The notes under the pieces were generated by a model. The model had not been told where the DNA came from, did not search any database, and saw only the letters and a list, made by a program, of their open reading frames with translations. A stretch of DNA of 64,000 nucleotides from Candidatus Limiplasma sp. (GTDB lineage: Bacteria; Bacillota; Clostridia; Christensenellales; Aristaeellaceae), in contig CAXXVA010000002.1 in the NCBI GenBank assembly GCA_963675365.2, positions 109,899 to 173,898 on the forward strand. The letters are read 5' to 3'. A program made the position numbers and the translations under genes. Of this stretch, positions 62,690 to 64,000 are shown in pieces (within the stretch, counting starts at the first letter, position 1; each line of letters opens with the position of its first letter).

Positions 62690-64000
62690 ATGGCGCTGTT
62701 TGACGCGGACGCGGCAGGCGTTCTTTGGGACAGCATCGCGCTTCCCAACGCCTTTGTGATCGAATATATGCCCACCGCGCCCGAAAATTACGTCAAGGTC
62801 TACCTGTACGGGCTTTTGTACGCGCGCTATGCCTGCGCGTCCGAAGGGCTTTCTGTGCAGGGGCTTGCCAAAGAGCTGGGTATGGAAGAGGCGGAGGTGC
62901 TTTCGGCGCTGCAGTACTGGGAGCGCTTAAGGCTCGTGTCCCGCACGCAGGATAAACCTCCACGCTATACCTACTTAAATGTACAGCAGGCCATGATGGG
63001 GCGGCAGGCCGCCCCGGTGGACGACAAGTACATGGAGTTCGCCCAAGCGCTGTACGCTATCTTCGGCGAACGCCGCAAATTGCACGGCGGGGAAACCCAG
63101 CTTTGCTACGAGTGGGTGGAGCAGCTCGGCCTGCCAAGCGAGGTGGTGCTCTTGCTCGTGCAGCATCTTGCGTTTACGCGCGGGGTGAACTTCTCCTTCA
63201 AGGCCGCCCAGAAGGTGGCGTTGGAAATGAAGGAGCGCAACATCGTCAGGCTGGAGGACGCGGAGCAGTTTTTCGCCCGCAGCTCCGCCGCGTGGGACGG
63301 CACCCGTAAGATTCTCCGCCGGATTTCCAAGTTCCGCCCGCCCACGACCGACGAGATCGACCTATACCTGAAATGGACGAAGGAATGGGGCTTCGCGCCC
63401 AAGGCCATCGAGACCGCCTGCGCGGAGATGACCGGCGGCGACCCGAGCTTTAAATATCTGGATTCGATCCTGCGCGGCATTCACGAGCGCTCCGGCCGCA
63501 AAGCGACCACGGCGGCGCAGCTTGAAAAGCAATTAAGCAAAGAGAAGGAAGAAAACGCCGACATCCGCGAGGTGCTTTCGGCCGCGGGACTCAAGATCAG
63601 CCCCAACCACCCGACCATTAAGGAAAGCTACCAGAAAATGCTGTCCATGGTCAGCCACGACGCCGTGGTGATGGCCGCCAGGGAAATCAGCCGTTCGCGG
63701 AAAAACCAGTCCGTGCAGAAGCTCGAAGAGCTTGTGGAAAAGTGGCACCAAAAAGGCATCCAGACCAAGGAAGACGTGCAGGAATACCTGTCGCTGGTCA
63801 AGCGGCAAAACGCCTTTTTACAGACGTTGTTTGCCGCGATGGGCGCCGACTTGAGCCCCTCGCCCGCCGACCGGGAGCTGTTGCACAAATGGCGCGAAAA
63901 CTGGGCGTTTTCCGACGAGGTTTTAACCGAGGTCGCCGGGTACTCGCGGGGCAAGTCTGCGCCGATGGCGTTTATGAACAAGGTGCTGGAAAGCTTTTTC
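62690..64000 (+). CDS. DnaD-domain replication initiation/membrane attachment protein (3' end beyond window)
   Basis: Not in the ORF track because no stop falls in the window. I translated ATG 62690 to 64000 by hand, open for 437 codons. Repeated DnaD-like modules (YEWVEQLGLPSEVVLLLVQH; LKWTKEWGFAPKAIETACAEM...YLDSILRGI; LVEKWHQKGIQTKEDV). Confidence 0.75.
   Translation, partial: MALFDADAAGVLWDSIALPNAFVIEYMPTAPENYVKVYLYGLLYARYACASEGLSVQGLAKELGMEEAEVLSALQYWERLRLVSRTQDKPPRYTYLNVQQAMMGRQAAPVDDKYMEFAQALYAIFGERRKLHGGETQLCYEWVEQLGLPSEVVLLLVQHLAFTRGVNFSFKAAQKVALEMKERNIVRLEDAEQFFARSSAAWDGTRKILRRISKFRPPTTDEIDLYLKWTKEWGFAPKAIETACAEMTGGDPSFKYLDSILRGIHERSGRKATTAAQLEKQLSKEKEENADIREVLSAAGLKISPNHPTIKESYQKMLSMVSHDAVVMAAREISRSRKNQSVQKLEELVEKWHQKGIQTKEDVQEYLSLVKRQNAFLQTLFAAMGADLSPSPADRELLHKWRENWAFSDEVLTEVAGYSRGKSAPMAFMNKVLESFF

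Noticed and set aside
1-64000. CRISPR arrays, tRNA/rRNA genes, prophage, IS elements
   Set aside because: None of the repeat families shows regular short-spacer periodicity. No cloverleaf-like or rRNA-like segments were noticed in intergenic DNA. No transposase, integrase or phage structural motifs were seen in any frame. This was visual inspection only, not tRNAscan or Infernal.

Overview
High-GC chromosomal segment whose gene content looks Firmicutes/Clostridia-like (DUF1385-prmC-prfA-sua5, Hsp33, pyruvate kinase with a PEP-utilizer domain, DnaD, ECF S component). The taxonomy is inference only. I call about 55 CDS, mostly housekeeping, and found no rRNA, tRNA, CRISPR array, transposase or integrase. 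Many long ORFs in the track are antisense or upstream-extension artefacts of the high G+C, so several starts were re-called from RBS and overlap logic. Three sharply AT-rich islands interrupt the backbone. (1) 6.76-9.15 kb holds a KAP P-loop NTPase with a membrane hairpin, head-to-head with a GC-rich full-length homolog. (2) 17.2-19.95 kb holds an ABC-type ATPase plus a DUF4435/TOPRIM protein, a PARIS/AbiL-like defence pair. (3) 50.9-52.04 kb holds a single all-alpha protein. The most unusual non-coding signal is a family of eight 150-175 bp imperfect palindromes (family A). Their outer arms differ between copies but stay complementary within each copy. They abut stop codons and bracket compositionally atypical single genes in a cassette-like way. 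A second modular repeat family (B) forms a tandem array at the left junction of the PARIS-like island. A third composite hairpin/terminator module recurs three times. prfA carries an apparent +1 frameshift in an A4 run. All functional calls rest on motifs read by eye; no database search or HMM was run.
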